The notes beneath the pieces are model-generated. The model saw only the letters and a list, made by a program, of their open reading frames with translations. It did no database searches and was not told the DNA's origin. This document shows positions 63,184-64,000 of a stretch of DNA of 64,000 bases, one piece after another. The translations under genes were made by a program, and so were the position numbers. Source of the stretch: Balanoglossus misakiensis (taxonomy: Eukaryota > Animalia > Hemichordata); NCBI GenBank assembly GCA_040954595.2, contig CM082590.2, positions 1,240,001 to 1,304,000 on the forward strand, read 5' to 3'. Numbering within the stretch: the stretch's first letter is position 1; each line of letters starts with the position of its first letter.

Positions 63184-64000
63184 ACTACAAACAGTATGAT
63201 GTTGCTCTTTAAAACATCAAGCCATTTACTAATTCAGTTTCATTCCTACTATCCTAGCACAAAGACCAGGTTGAGGCACTTTCTTTTTGTGTGCATTATA
63301 AAAGTTCAGTTAATCTATAATCAGCCTTAGCAAAATCTTAGAAAATATTTATGTTGAGCAATGAGTACAAATAGTGTACTAGGTCTACATTTCATAAATT
63401 AAATAATAGCTATTTATACAGTAGAAATGGAACTCACATGACACATGTATTATTTGGCTTTATCAAAAGCTGATCATCTTTGACCAAAACAAACTAACAT
63501 CCCATCAAAAACTTATAAGTTATCGGTGAAATGCAAAGTTGGAAATATCAGTTATAGATGGTGCTTGATAAAAACAATCATTGAGTGATCAATACTATAA
63601 GAAACATAAAACACTTGGCTGTGGTGTGCATATTATACATGACTCTAAAGTTATCATCATCAACATTTGAAGGCTTACCTGGTTAGCCAAATAGTCTTCT
63701 GGAGGCAATATGGAGACCCAAGACCAATAGCTCTTCATACACAAAGACAACCTTCTTATGCCAAAATTTTTGAGCAAATGACTTCTAGCTTGGTGTAGTT
63801 TCACTATATATACCCCAGTACATGTGTGAAGACAACTTTCTAATGTAGCAAACTTAAAGTATATCATTTGTATCAATTTAAAAACAAAGAGGAAGCTGAA
63901 GTATCAAAATTGCACACCCCATCTGAAAATGTAGGACCCCTGAAGTCCAACTTTACTCCATGGAAAGGGACACAGATTCATGTCAATGCTTCCTTCAGGT

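Overview
Eukaryotic, repeat-saturated sequence, probably from an invertebrate animal (spliced genes plus LINE, Gypsy and DNA-transposon content; the species cannot be fixed from sequence). No intact host gene, RNA gene or CRISPR array was found. (1) 1-32.65 kb: about five head-to-tail copies of a 6.4-9.5 kb unit built from transposon debris: a Helentron/DINE-1-like element, a spliced Academ-like transposase remnant, a Zator-like C-terminal fragment and several MITEs. The copies show filled versus empty insertion sites. A ~565-bp-arm inverted duplication and an (AATAC)n microsatellite follow. (2) 34.3-54.0 kb, minus strand: one large spliced, decayed gene reading NLS - PHD finger - 35-aa acidic tandem repeat (~88 units of 105 bp) - MULE/NOF-like DDE transposase - USP-like cysteine protease. 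Part of it is triplicated and a near-intact CR1/L2-group LINE sits exactly on one duplication junction. This architecture is the most unusual object in the window. (3) 55.2-60.5 kb: a Gypsy LTR retrotransposon (tRNA-Leu PBS, GGGAAAC frameshift site, integrase missing its second catalytic Asp). (4) 60.5-63.2 kb: a cluster of TTAA-targeting (Kolobok-like) MITEs. Family assignments rest on motif recognition by eye, not database searches.
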